Shown here: in pieces, positions 13,501 to 24,790 of the stretch
Layout: the number at the start of each line of letters is the position of its first letter
Position numbering within the stretch: position 1 is the stretch's first letter
Assembly: GCA_964016885.1 (NCBI GenBank)
Contig: OZ024759.1
Span: forward strand, 32,612,001-32,676,000
DNA: 64,000 nt
From: Eledone cirrhosa
Taxonomy: Eukaryota
Reading direction: 5' to 3'
Notes under the pieces: model-generated
Told to the model about the DNA's origin: nothing
Database searches by the model: none
Seen by the model: only the letters and a program-made list of their open reading frames with translations
Program-made: the position numbers and the translations under genes

Positions 13501-14833
13501 AATTACCGAACTTCCACTTATTCCAACTCCCCTTGCTGTTTCCAACCCTACCGCTTATGCCCTGCCCCCTTACTATTTGGGACCTGAGAGTATGTCAGTT
13601 ATTTTCTTCCAAAGTTGAGGTTGTTTATAACATAACACTGGAACTGGAAAATATTTCAGCCGAGGTTAACTTTGCCTTTCATCCATACAGAGGTCGATAA
13701 AATAAAGTACCAGGAATGTACTGGATAATTGCTGGCTTTGTGCCAAAAGTAGAAACAATTATCTTACATATTTCAGTTCTGTCTCCAATTGCCTTCCATA
13801 GTTGATGTTGTTTATTACATAACACAGTAACTTGTTTTAACTTATGTTAAATATTTCAAGGATGGTGGCTTGTCAGTAGAATCTCAGACAAAATGCGTTG
13901 CTGTATTTAGCTACAACTTTTTACGTTCTGAGTTCAAATCCCACCGAAGTCAACTTTGCCTTTCATCCTTCTGGGGTCGATATTTTGAAATACCAGTTAA
14001 GTACTGGAGTCTATATGATTAACTTTGATTGATGGTGGTGTTGGTGTTGTATTGATGGTGGTGTGGTGGTGGTGGTGGTGTTGTATTGATGGTGGTGATG
14101 CATTGATTGTGGTGGTAGTGGTGGTGGTGGTGGTGGTGCTGTATTGATGGTGGTGTGGTGGTGGTGGTGGTGTATTGATGGTGGCAGTGGTGGTGGTGTT
14201 GCATTGATTGTGGTGGTAGTGCTGGTGGTGGTGGTGTTGTATTGATGGTGGTGGCAGTGGTGGTGGTGGTGTTGTATTGGTGGTGGTGTTGCATTGATTG
14301 TGGTGGCAGTGGTGGTGGTGGTGTATTGATGGTGGTGGCAGTGGTGGTGGTGTTGTATTGATGGTGGTGTGGTGGTGGTGTTGTATTGATGGTAGTGGTA
14401 GTGGTGTAGTGGTAATGGTAAAGGTGTATTGATGGTAGTGGTAGTGGTGTATTGGTGGTGGTAGTGGTATATTGATGGTGGTGTGGTAGTGGTAGTGGTA
14501 GTGTTGTATTGATGGTGATGGTAGTGGTAATAGTGGTGTGGTGACAGTGGTGTGGTGACAGTGGTGTTGTTGTATTGATGGTGGTGTGGTAGTGGTGGTG
14601 GTGGTGGTGGTAATGTGATAGTATTTGTGTCATGGTGGTGTGTTGTATGGATTAAATCAATCCATATATATCACATATTGTCATCACAACACTCTGGGAA
14701 ATAAACACCACATTCACCCTCCACTCCACACCACCTTGCACCATCTTTATTCAAATGTTCCCATATCTGTATATCTGTATATCTTCATCTCCCCCTCTCT
14801 CTCTATATATATATATTCTATCACCATCATCAT

Positions 14834-14902
<69 letters not shown>

Positions 14903-14903
<1 letters not shown>

Positions 14904-15219
14904 CATCATCATTTCATTTTACGTCCGCTTTTTCCCTGCTTGCAAGGGTGGGACGGGAACTGATTCTGGCTTGATTTCTACAGCTGGATGCCCTTCCTAA
15001 CACCAACCTCATTTACAGTGAGTGCTGGGTGCTTTTTTTCCGTGGCACCCCCACGACCACTTCCAGTGGACTGGGGTCCCTATCATCTCATTTCTACAGC
15101 TGAGTAAACTGGAGCAATGTGAAATAAAGTGTCTTGCTCAAGGAAACAACACATCACCCGGTCTGAGAATTGAACTCGATTGCAAGGCCAATGCTCTAAC
15201 CACAAAGCCATCTGCCTCC
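14903..15219 (-). mobile_element. tRNA-headed SINE with CORE-like domain and (GAT)n tail
   Basis: Reverse complement of the copy at 31682-32084. Confidence 0.75.
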
Positions 15220-15223
15220 ATAT

Positions 15224-15255
<32 letters not shown>

Positions 15256-15291
15256 CATCATCATTCTATATATATATATAGAATATGAGTG

Positions 15292-15322
<31 letters not shown>

Positions 15323-15589
15323 ATGAGAGAGACGACCAATCTTGCCTCAAGTGGGACAATTCCCGTCTAAACCCATGCTAGCATGGAAGATAGACGTTAA
15401 ACGGTGATGATGATATATATATATATATATAGAATGATGATGATGGCGATAGAATATATATATATATATACATATATAAAATGATGATGATGATAGAATA
15501 TATATATATATATATATATATAGAATGATGATGATGATGATAGAATATATATATATAGTATATATATATATATATATTTATTCAAACAC

Positions 15590-15665
<76 letters not shown>

Positions 15666-15818
15666 ATAAATGCTCTGAAATAGCGATATATATGTGAATA
15701 TAGACATAGAATATTCGAAAATATTCTGTATGTTTATAATAAACATTTTGAAGACCTAATCGCTATAGAATAGAATACGTCACGTATTACAATTAGATTC
15801 TCGATAAAAGCAAGGGAA

Positions 15819-15861
15819 GTAATCTACGCGTTTCATTCTCGTTAGAAATCATCAGGACTAC
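15819..15861 (-). ncRNA. Minimal type I hammerhead ribozyme (also 16129-16171 and 16439-16481)
   Basis: Reverse complement reads GTAGTC-CTGATGA-TTTCTAACGAGAAT-GAAA-CGCG-TA-GATTAC. Confidence 0.88.
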
Positions 15862-16851
15862 ATATCCAGTGCTTTTATCGAGAATGACACAGCTAGAGAC
15901 TTATAGAATACTTAGCTGTGTACAGGAACTGGTTTGAAAGAGCGGTTGCCGGTCCGGCAGAAATTAGAAATTGGAATAAATGCTCTGAAATAGCGATATA
16001 TATGTGAATATAGACATAGAATATTCGAAAATATTCTGTATGTTTATAATAAACATTTTGAAGACCTAATCGCTATAGAATAGAATACGTCACGTATTAC
16101 AATTAGATTCTCGATAAAAGCAAGGGAAGTAATCTACGCGTTTCATTCTCGTTAGAAATCATCAGGACTACATATCCAGTGCTTTTATCGAGAATGACAC
16201 AGCTAGAGACTTATAGAATACTTAGCTGTGTACAGGAACTGGTTTGAAAGAGCGGTTGCCGGTCCGGCAGAAATTAGAAATTGGAATAAATGCTCTGAAA
16301 TAGCGATATATATGTGAATATAGACATAGAATATTCGAAAATATTCTGTATGTTTATAATAAACATTTTGAAGACCTAATCGCTATAGAATAGAATACGT
16401 CACGTATTACAATTAGATTCTCGATAAAAGCAAGGGAAGTAATCTACGCGTTTCATTCTCGTTAGAAATCATCAGGACTACATATCCAGTGCTTTTATCG
16501 AGAATGACACAGCTAGAGACTTATAGAATACTTAGCTGTGTACAGGAACTGGTTTGAAAGAGCGGTTGCCGGTCCGGCAGAAATTAGAAATTGGAATAAA
16601 TGCTCTGAAATAGCGATATGTGACGTATTCTATTCTATAGCGATTAGGTCTTCAAAATGTTTATTATAAACATACAGAATATTTTCGAATATTCTATGTC
16701 TATATTCACATATATATCGCTATTTCAGAGCATTTATTCCAATTTCTAATTTCTGCCGGACCGGCAACCGCTCTTTCAAACCAGTTCCTGTACACAGCTA
16801 AGTATTCTATAAGTCTCTAGCTGTGTCATTCTCGATAAAAGCACTGGATAT

Positions 16852-16894
16852 GTAGTCCTGATGATTTCTAACGAGAATGAAACGCGTAGATTAC
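16852..16894 (+). ncRNA. Minimal type I hammerhead ribozyme (also 17162-17204, 17472-17514, 17782-17824 and 18092-18134)
   Basis: Stem I GTAGTC/GATTAC, core CTGATGA, stem II TTCT-AACG-AGAA, GAAA, minimal stem III with palindrome ACGCGT, GUA cleavage triplet (predicted cut after 16888). Confidence 0.9.
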
Positions 16895-18254
16895 TTCCCT
16901 TGCTTTTATCGAGAATCTAATTGTAATACGTGACGTATTCTATTCTATAGCGATTAGGTCTTCAAAATGTTTATTATAAACATACAGAATATTTTCGAAT
17001 ATTCTATGTCTATATTCACATATATATCGCTATTTCAGAGCATTTATTCCAATTTCTAATTTCTGCCGGACCGGCAACCGCTCTTTCAAACCAGTTCCTG
17101 TACACAGCTAAGTATTCTATAAGTCTCTAGCTGTGTCATTCTCGATAAAAGCACTGGATATGTAGTCCTGATGATTTCTAACGAGAATGAAACGCGTAGA
17201 TTACTTCCCTTGCTTTTATCGAGAATCTAATTGTAATACGTGACGTATTCTATTCTATAGCGATTAGGTCTTCAAAATGTTTATTATAAACATACAGAAT
17301 ATTTTCGAATATTCTATGTCTATATTCACATATATATCGCTATTTCAGAGCATTTATTCCAATTTCTAATTTCTGCCGGACCGGCAACCGCTCTTTCAAA
17401 CCAGTTCCTGTACACAGCTAAGTATTCTATAAGTCTCTAGCTGTGTCATTCTCGATAAAAGCACTGGATATGTAGTCCTGATGATTTCTAACGAGAATGA
17501 AACGCGTAGATTACTTCCCTTGCTTTTATCGAGAATCTAATTGTAATACGTGACGTATTCTATTCTATAGCGATTAGGTCTTCAAAATGTTTATTATAAA
17601 CATACAGAATATTTTCGAATATTCTATGTCTATATTCACATATATATCGCTATTTCAGAGCATTTATTCCAATTTCTAATTTCTGCCGGACCGGCAACCG
17701 CTCTTTCAAACCAGTTCCTGTACACAGCTAAGTATTCTATAAGTCTCTAGCTGTGTCATTCTCGATAAAAGCACTGGATATGTAGTCCTGATGATTTCTA
17801 ACGAGAATGAAACGCGTAGATTACTTCCCTTGCTTTTATCGAGAATCTAATTGTAATACGTGACGTATTCTATTCTATAGCGATTAGGTCTTCAAAATGT
17901 TTATTATAAACATACAGAATATTTTCGAATATTCTATGTCTATATTCACATATATATCGCTATTTCAGAGCATTTATTCCAATTTCTAATTTCTGCCGGA
18001 CCGGCAACCGCTCTTTCAAACCAGTTCCTGTACACAGCTAAGTATTCTATAAGTCTCTAGCTGTGTCATTCTCGATAAAAGCACTGGATATGTAGTCCTG
18101 ATGATTTCTAACGAGAATGAAACGCGTAGATTACTTCCCTTGCTTTTATCGAGAATCTAATTGTAATACGTGACGTATTCTATTCTATAGCGATTAGGTC
18201 TTCAAAATGTTTATTATAAACATACAGAATATTTTCGAATATTCTATGTCTATA

Positions 18255-18312
<58 letters not shown>

Positions 18313-18461
18313 TCTCTCTCTCTCTCTTTAAATATCTCTATATATCCTGTCTTAACTTGTCTGGGCAGCAGATGGCACTTTTTTTCCATCCAGTTCTGAG
18401 GTTTCTCCCCTCCTCTCCACCACCTCTCTCTCTATATATGTGTGTGTATGTGTGTGTGTGT

Positions 18462-18724
18462 GTAAGCCACAAACAGAAGAACTACTGGTGTGTGTGTGTG
18501 TGAGTATATGTGTGTGTGTGTTGTGTAAGCCACAAACAGAAGAACTACTGGTGTGTGTGTGTGTGTGTGTGTGTGTGTAAGCCACAAACAGAAGAACTAC
18601 TGGTGTGTGTGTGTGTGAGTATATCTGTGTGTGTTGTGTAAGCCACAAACAGAAGAACTACTGGTGTGTGTGTGTGTGTGTGTGAGTATATGTGTGTTGT
18701 GTAAGCCACAAACAGAAGAACTAG
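18462..18724. repeat. Compound repeat GTAAGCCACAAACAGAAGAACTACTG x5 with (GT)n spacers
   Basis: Five constant blocks separated by variable-length GT microsatellite. Confidence 0.85.
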
Positions 18725-19248
18725 GCTACTGCGTGTGTGAGTATATGTGTGTGTGTGTAAGAGAGGAAGACAAGGGGGCGATGTTGTAATGTAGTAGGGG
18801 TGAGAGGGAGACAAATAGATAGATAGATCTGTGTGTGTGGAGAAAGAGAGTGAGGAGAAATGTGTGGTGGTGGTTGTTGTGGTGTTGGTGGTGGTGGTGG
18901 TTGCTGTTGTTGTGGTGGTGGTGGTGTCGGTGGTTGTTGTTGAGGTGGTGGTGGTGATGGTTGTTGTTGTGGTGGTGGTGGTGGTGGTGGTTGTGGTGGT
19001 GATGATTGTTTAACCTAAGGCCAGCCCTGACCAAAGGCATTCCAACAGTGAAGTGAAACAGCCATGACTATCACAGTATCCAAGGGAGATATGACTGCTA
19101 TTTCTAGCAGGTCTAGTGACCACGTCGACACGCTTTCACCCTATTGTACGTGGGTAGATAATAAGTGATGTTGTGTGTGAGAGAGAGAGACAGGGACACT
19201 TATAGGGAGGAGGGTAGCAATGGATAAATATGGAGATTACGTAGAAAT

Positions 19249-19550
19249 ATATACCACTTTTCTCAACGAGATTCCTAACATTGATCTCTCCATGGCTCTT
19301 TGAGCCATTACCAGCCTCTGCTCTTCTCTCTTCATTGTAGCCCAAGTTTCACTGCCATATAACATTGCGGAAACGACCAAGTGGCAGGCCTCCACGAAGG
19401 TGGAGTTACGATTTTAAGAATACGATTGGGACTACATGGATGAGGAAAGCACGATCCAGAGAGGAATGGACGGCGTGCTGTGACCAGTGGCGCCGAATGG
19501 ACGCCTGACAGACTGGTTGGTCAAGGTGATCAAGGTGATATACCGCTTTT
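19249..19550 (+). mobile_element. 5'-inverted (twin-primed) RTE LINE insertion with 13-bp TSD
   Basis: Minus 19262-19368 encodes AMLYGSETWATMKREEQRLVMAQRAMERSMLGISLR; plus 19368-19508 encodes RKRPSGRPPRRW...WRRMDA*; TSD ATATACCACTTTT / ATATACCGCTTTT. Confidence 0.8.
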
Positions 19551-19602
19551 GTACTAGATGACCTACTGTGAAAGTTGTTCCAGCTGTGACCATCACATCT
19601 TA

Positions 19603-19997
19603 CAAGGGTAGGCTGAAAAGTCCATAGACTGACTATGAAGGAATGATGCTAGAGCTGTGAAATTTTGCATGCATTAATTTCAACTCTTCTTATTAATAAC
19701 TGTATTGTTTATTTCTAGGAACTATGTTGAATGATTGTTTCTACTTTTGGCACAAGGCCAGCAATTATCCCAGTGCATTACTGGTACTTTATTTTATCGA
19801 CCCTGTAAGGATGAAAGGCAAAGTTAACCTCGGCGGGATTTGAACTCAGAATGGCAAGGGCCGTAACTGTATGCATCAAAGCATGGCGTCCGACCCGCTA
19901 CCGAATTTGCCAATCCATCGCCTTTGAATAATAAACCTCATTTGGTCATTCCATGAGAGTATCTTGGTCAGCCTATGTTCTTTTCAGCCAACCCTCC
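19603..19997. mobile_element. Mariner-type MITE interrupted by a SINE (~19733-19925)
   Basis: TA-flanked TIRs CAAGGGTAGGCTGAAAAGTCCATAGACTGAC / GTCAGCCTATGTTCTTTTCAGCCAACCCTCC. Confidence 0.7.
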
Positions 19998-20475
19998 TAC
20001 CATAAGCACCCCCAAGTACTCCTCGATGTGCATGAAACACAGGAACTCCACATTATCTGATGTGTTCTTTTCCAAAGATGATGGGACACAGGGTGTGTGT
20101 GTGATTTGAGGGAGACTTGGTTGCTATTTCTAGCAGCTTGTTTTTACTGACCATGTAGAGATACCCATCCTTGTAGTATGTAGTTAGATCAGAGGAGGAA
20201 ATCTACAATGACTGAGAACAACCTCAGCTGATTTCAAATTACTGCTGTATCGAGGAAACTGGTTAGTATAGAGCTTCTCCCATCTTTAGATCTATATTGG
20301 AAAACCCCAATACTACCATATATATATATACCCTATTATATTTTTTCTCCTATATGTAGAGAACAACACGTTGTATCGCGCTGCTATTTTTAGCAGCATG
20401 ATCAACAAGTTTATAATATCCCGCTTTTACTTATGGTCTATTTTTGTGTGGAGGTTACTTTAATGGCCAGACCCC

Positions 20476-20530
20476 ATGCAACAGGCAGGAAGTGATAAAT
20501 TCTCTTACTATGAGGCTTTATACCCTTATG
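20476..20530 (+). CDS. Speculative alternative first coding exon (MQQAGSDKFSYYEALYPY, phase-1 donor GTATGG)
   Basis: Lies in non-repetitive sequence; ATG to a phase-1 GT donor is compatible with the phase-1 stomatin exons downstream. No homology support. Confidence 0.15.
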
Positions 20531-20705
20531 GTATGGAAATAGCTGTCTGAAGATCTAATTCTTTCCATTGGAAATTCTCTGGATTTCCAATCTTTTGATT
20601 AGTGAAACCGTCGGTAACGGCAATAGAACAGGTGAATATTTAAATCGTTTTTTAATTTATTTAAAAGATTGTTTGATGATTACTTGTTCCGCTCATTTAT
20701 AAATA

Positions 20706-20736
<31 letters not shown>

Positions 20737-20751
20737 ATGTGTGTGTGTGTT

Positions 20752-21016
20752 AAGTATTTCCGAAGAAAAAGAAAAAGAAAAAGAAAAAAGAGTGCTCTAT
20801 GTATAATACAGAGCTCTTTAATTAGAAAGTAAACAACACAATATAACTACTCCATTACCAAATGTTTCTGGACCCTATATTAACATATGTCTAGTTTGCT
20901 CATCAGATGAAATATTTCATGTGATGAACGAACTAGACATATGTTAATATTGTCTAGGATCCTGAAACCTTTGGCAATGGATAGTTATATATTGTGTTGC
21001 TCACTTTCTAACTAAA
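20752..21016. mobile_element. Fold-back HHR element family A (head-to-head; HHR minus 20851-20911, degenerate HHR plus 20916-20981)
   Basis: Minus strand TTCAT-CTGATGA...GAAA-CATTTGG-TA-ATGGA; shares its tail (GAGTGCTCTATGTAT..TACAGAGCT..TAAACAACACAA) with 35778-36080; flanked by microsatellite. Confidence 0.7.
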
Positions 21017-22159
21017 TATATATATATGTATATATATGTATATATATATATATATATATCACAGAAAAAAAAAAGAATCAGTGTTGCGACAAATGGAATT
21101 TATTGGACAGTCGTTGCAACACTGATTCTCTTTTTTTCTGTGATATCATACTCTGCTCTATGAGGGCATTGAGTGCTCATACGGCCTACCGCATATGGAC
21201 GCTTTAAGCATCCAACACCAATTATATATATATATATATGAAATAGATAGTTTTTTTACAAAAACAGTATAAGAAATTAGCAGCAGAGGTGGAGAAGTTA
21301 AAAACAGCTCAAAACAGAGTAATTTATTATAATAAGCAGTACAAAAGGCTGTTTCATACTTTTTAGAAAAAGTTTTCCAAACAAGCATTATACAAAATCC
21401 TAAAAATCCTAAAAATAAAAATTATGCATGAAGTAAATTATTCATTAAAATAGACACCAAATATTAATACATTAAATGTTAATTTACAAACTTTTCATCC
21501 CCTTCCTGGGACTTGTCAAAATCAGTTATTTAAGATTAAAAACCTCATAATAAACCTCACCAAAACACTCGACAGCCAGCAGCAGAATTGTTTACATTTA
21601 AAAGTTTAAAACAACAGCATAATGCATGGAAAATCTATGTTGTCCAACTACAAAAATATAACGTCAAACCACTCTAGCACATTACTATCGAAACTTATTA
21701 TATATATGTATGTTGTTACCACAAGATGCAGTCCAAACTAAAGAGTTTGTGTAGGTGTCACAACAAAAAAAAACCCAGTCCATGTTGTAAAGTAGTCATG
21801 TAGAAAACATGGTAAAAAGGCTCCCAGTCCACACTGTAAATGTGGTTGGTGTTAGGAAGGGCATCCAGCCATAGAAAACCTGCCAGATACAGTCCTATAC
21901 AAGCGAGACTCAGTCACCTGATCAATCTTGCCTCAAGTGGGACAATTCCTCGTTTAACCCATGCTAGCGTGGAAGATAGACGTTAAATGATGTTGATATA
22001 TAGATATGTATATGTATATGTAAAATCAGTTCTATATGAGCAAGATATGGTCACCTGACCTGGCATTGCCCACAACAGGAAAACCCGTCTAACCCATGCT
22101 AGTGTGGAAGAATGGACGTAAAACGGTGATGATGATGTTGACAATGATGATCTATATAG

Positions 22160-22603
22160 ATAATAAACAACTGAAAAGTTTCAAAAAGCCAGTCCAATGT
22201 GCAGTAGAGATATATAAAGGGCAAAGATGGCAAATAAAACCAAGTCATATTTTACTCAGTATACATATTTCCACATGATATTTCAGAGCTATAACCTTCT
22301 TTTCAAATGTGAAACAGAAATTGGTTCAAAACAAAAACTAATAATGGCTGTGTTCTTCCCTAAATAGTCTAAGTGTCTAAAATATGCATACGTGGAGTTG
22401 CTATTGTAACCACTCTGCTTCATGCATTTCCAATCTGTTATTTATCTGTGTTTTGTTTTTTTCTGGTCGATAATAATGGCCTCTTTAATTCTGAAATTGC
22501 CTGTATTCCTTTCTTTTGACTTTATGGTGACCACAATATCTTATCTGTGGCATCTTTCAAGATGTTTTTTTAACAGAAGCTCTCGTCATGTGCTCCATAA
22601 ATC
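22160..22603 (-). mobile_element. Penelope-like element 3' relic (GIY-YIG endonuclease C-terminus plus degenerate HHR at ~22270-22313)
   Basis: Minus translation with 2 frameshifts and a stop: RFMEHMTRASVKKHLERC..IKSKERNTGNFRIKEAIIIDQKK..QINNRLEMHEAEWLQ*, matching the GIY-YIG R..EH, H and EA..I...N motifs. Confidence 0.6.
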
Positions 22604-22687
<84 letters not shown>

Positions 22688-22916
22688 TAAACGGAATAGA
22701 AAATGCTGACAAATTGTTCACAGTTGAAAAATGGTTTAATTAGGAATAAAAGAGTATTAGTGATTGTATGGGTTAGTATTCAGTTGTGGTTTTAAGTTTT
22801 TAAGTTTTTACCGGTTGCGCATTTCTAAATGCTTTTCAAAAATAATTTTGAGATAGAGTGTCCGTGTTGTTTGCTCTGATCTGATTAGTTTGGGGAATTC
22901 TACCTGTTTTTATGTT

Positions 22917-22966
<50 letters not shown>

Positions 22967-23069
22967 GCAGCATGGATTATAAATGTTATTGAGACACGAG
23001 TAACACAATAATGATGTCAACAGCAGAAATTAGAGATGAAATGTATGTTTATTTTTGTTGTAGCACAAA

Positions 23070-23262
23070 TAATTGTTTCTACTTTAGGCACAAGGCCAGC
23101 AAATTACCCAGTGCATTACTGGTACTTTATTTTATCGGCCCCGTAAGGATGAAAGGCAAAGTTAACCTCGGCGGGATTTGAACTCAGATCATACAGGGAG
23201 GTAACTCTATGCTTCAAAGCATGGCGTCCGACCCTCTACCGATACTGCCAATCCACCGCCTT
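23070..23262 (-). mobile_element. tRNA-derived SINE (GCCTTTCATCCTTACGGGGTCGATAAA family)
   Basis: B-box GAGTTCAAATCC and a conserved central domain; other copies near 13655, 13860, 19733, 35115, 43815-44270, 55410, 59210-60155, 61630, 62075 and 62640. Confidence 0.8.
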
Positions 23263-23391
23263 GTAGAGGTTATATTTAATTTGTTGGGATACAACAAGCT
23301 AAATATTTTTATAACTATCCAGGAGATTCCAACCAGAATGGTTGCATTTTTTAAGGGTATGTCAATATTTATTTATAAAACTAACCTATAT

Positions 23392-23461
23392 TATATTTTA
23401 TCTGATGAAAGCACATCATAGTTTGCTCTGGTGGCCCTTGAAATATGTATAATAAAATATA
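23392..23461 (+). ncRNA. Type I hammerhead ribozyme, intact core (family C)
   Basis: 10-bp stem I TATATTTTAT/ATAAAATATA, CTGATGA at 23402-23408, stem II closed by AAG/CTT, GAAA at 23440-23443, then TATGTA-TA. Confidence 0.8.
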
Positions 23462-23496
23462 TATGTTTTATAAATATAGTTTCCATTTGTTAATAT

Positions 23497-23555
<59 letters not shown>

Positions 23556-24387
23556 TGTTTAGCTCCCCCACCCACCCCAGAACTAGTTAACATATATTAT
23601 CTAGAATGTTCCAGCCGTGACGATCATGGTTTTTATTCAAATATCAAACTCTATCAGTATTCAAAATATCTTTTTTTTTTGTTTTTGTTTTATTTGTAGT
23701 TGTTGTTGTTGTTTATCTGCCTTAAGAGAGAAGATTGTACTTTGACCTGCGCGTCATCATCATCGTCATCATCACCATCATCATCATCATCATCATCATC
23801 ATCATTGCTATTCAATCTTTATTTTCTCTGCTAGCAAGAATTAATTCAGTTATTGCAGTGTCACTGTGTGTGTGTACATATATCTATTATGTGTGTATGT
23901 ATGTAGAAATAATTGGGACACCCGATCGCACAGTTAAACCACTGGCAGTAAAGGACCCTACCCTTTGTCAGGGCATTCTTCTAAGAGAAGGCAACTCAGG
24001 AAACTAGGATAACTCTGATATAAAACCTATGGCTCAGTAGTTACCGATGATGTTGATAATTTCTTCTTTTCGGGTTATAGCTACTGTTGCTCAGAGAGTG
24101 GGATTGGCTCAGTGCACAGTCTTTCCTCACTTTAAAAAAATCTTCACGCACAGGCATTGCACGATAGAATTAGTTAATAATTATTAATAATGTTATATTG
24201 TGCAATGGCCATACTCAATAACGAGGGGGCAGCCATCATATATGTATGTATGGCCCTGTAACTCCTGATAGTTGTAGGGACGCTGTATTGACATACAGCA
24301 TTTCTTGGGCATTTTCAGCCTGTCAGAGCCCACCCCTCTCCAGGACTGAGTACAGCAGATTTTTTCCAGAGAAAGATAGAAACTGAG

Positions 24388-24790
24388 AGAGAGGAAATGA
24401 GAAAGAGATATAGAGGAAGAATCAACCCCAGTACTTAACTGGTACTTTTTATATCAACCTTGAATGATATAGAGGAAATGAAGAAGAGATATAGAGGAAG
24501 AATCTACCCCAGTACTTAACTGGTACTTTAGATATCAACCTTGAATGATAGAGAGGAAGTGAAGAAGAGATATAGAGGAAGAATCAACCCCAGTACTTAA
24601 CTGGTACTTTTTATATCAACCTTGAATGATATAGAGGAAATGAAGAAGAGATATAGAGGAAGAATCTACCCCAGTACTTAACTGGTACTTTTTATATCAA
24701 CCTTGAATGATAGAGAGGAAGTGAAGAAGAGATATAGAGGAAGAATCTACCCCAGTACTTAACTGGTACTTTTTATATCAACCTTGAATT
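24388..24790. repeat. 81-bp tandem repeat, ~5 copies, at the end of a SINE
   Basis: CCAGTACTTAACTGGTAC recurs every 81 bp (24428, 24509, 24590, 24671, 24752) and runs into GATGAAAGGCAAAGTTGACCTCGGCGG. Confidence 0.9.

Larger units (their letters stand above)
15661..18258. mobile_element. Retrozyme-like array of 310-bp hammerhead-containing units, head-to-head (3+ minus copies, 5+ plus copies), inserted in (TA)n
   Basis: Units start at 15661, 15971, 16281 and 16591 (partial); inversion at ~16620; inverted units at 16621, 16931, 17241, 17551, 17861 and 18171 (partial). No differences between copies seen by eye; (TA)n on both sides. Confidence 0.9.

Noticed and set aside
18462-18724. CRISPR-like constant repeats with variable spacers
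   Set aside because: Spacers are only (GT)n microsatellite; eukaryotic context and no cas genes.
20603-20631. Possible 29-nt micro-exon (ETVGNGNRT) with AG/GTGAAT borders
   Set aside because: Weak splice sites and no phase-compatible upstream partner or homology.
24195-24240. Possible HDV-like ribozyme at the end of an RTE-associated repeat (also ~25370-25416)
   Set aside because: Could not assemble the P1-P4 nested pseudoknot by eye.
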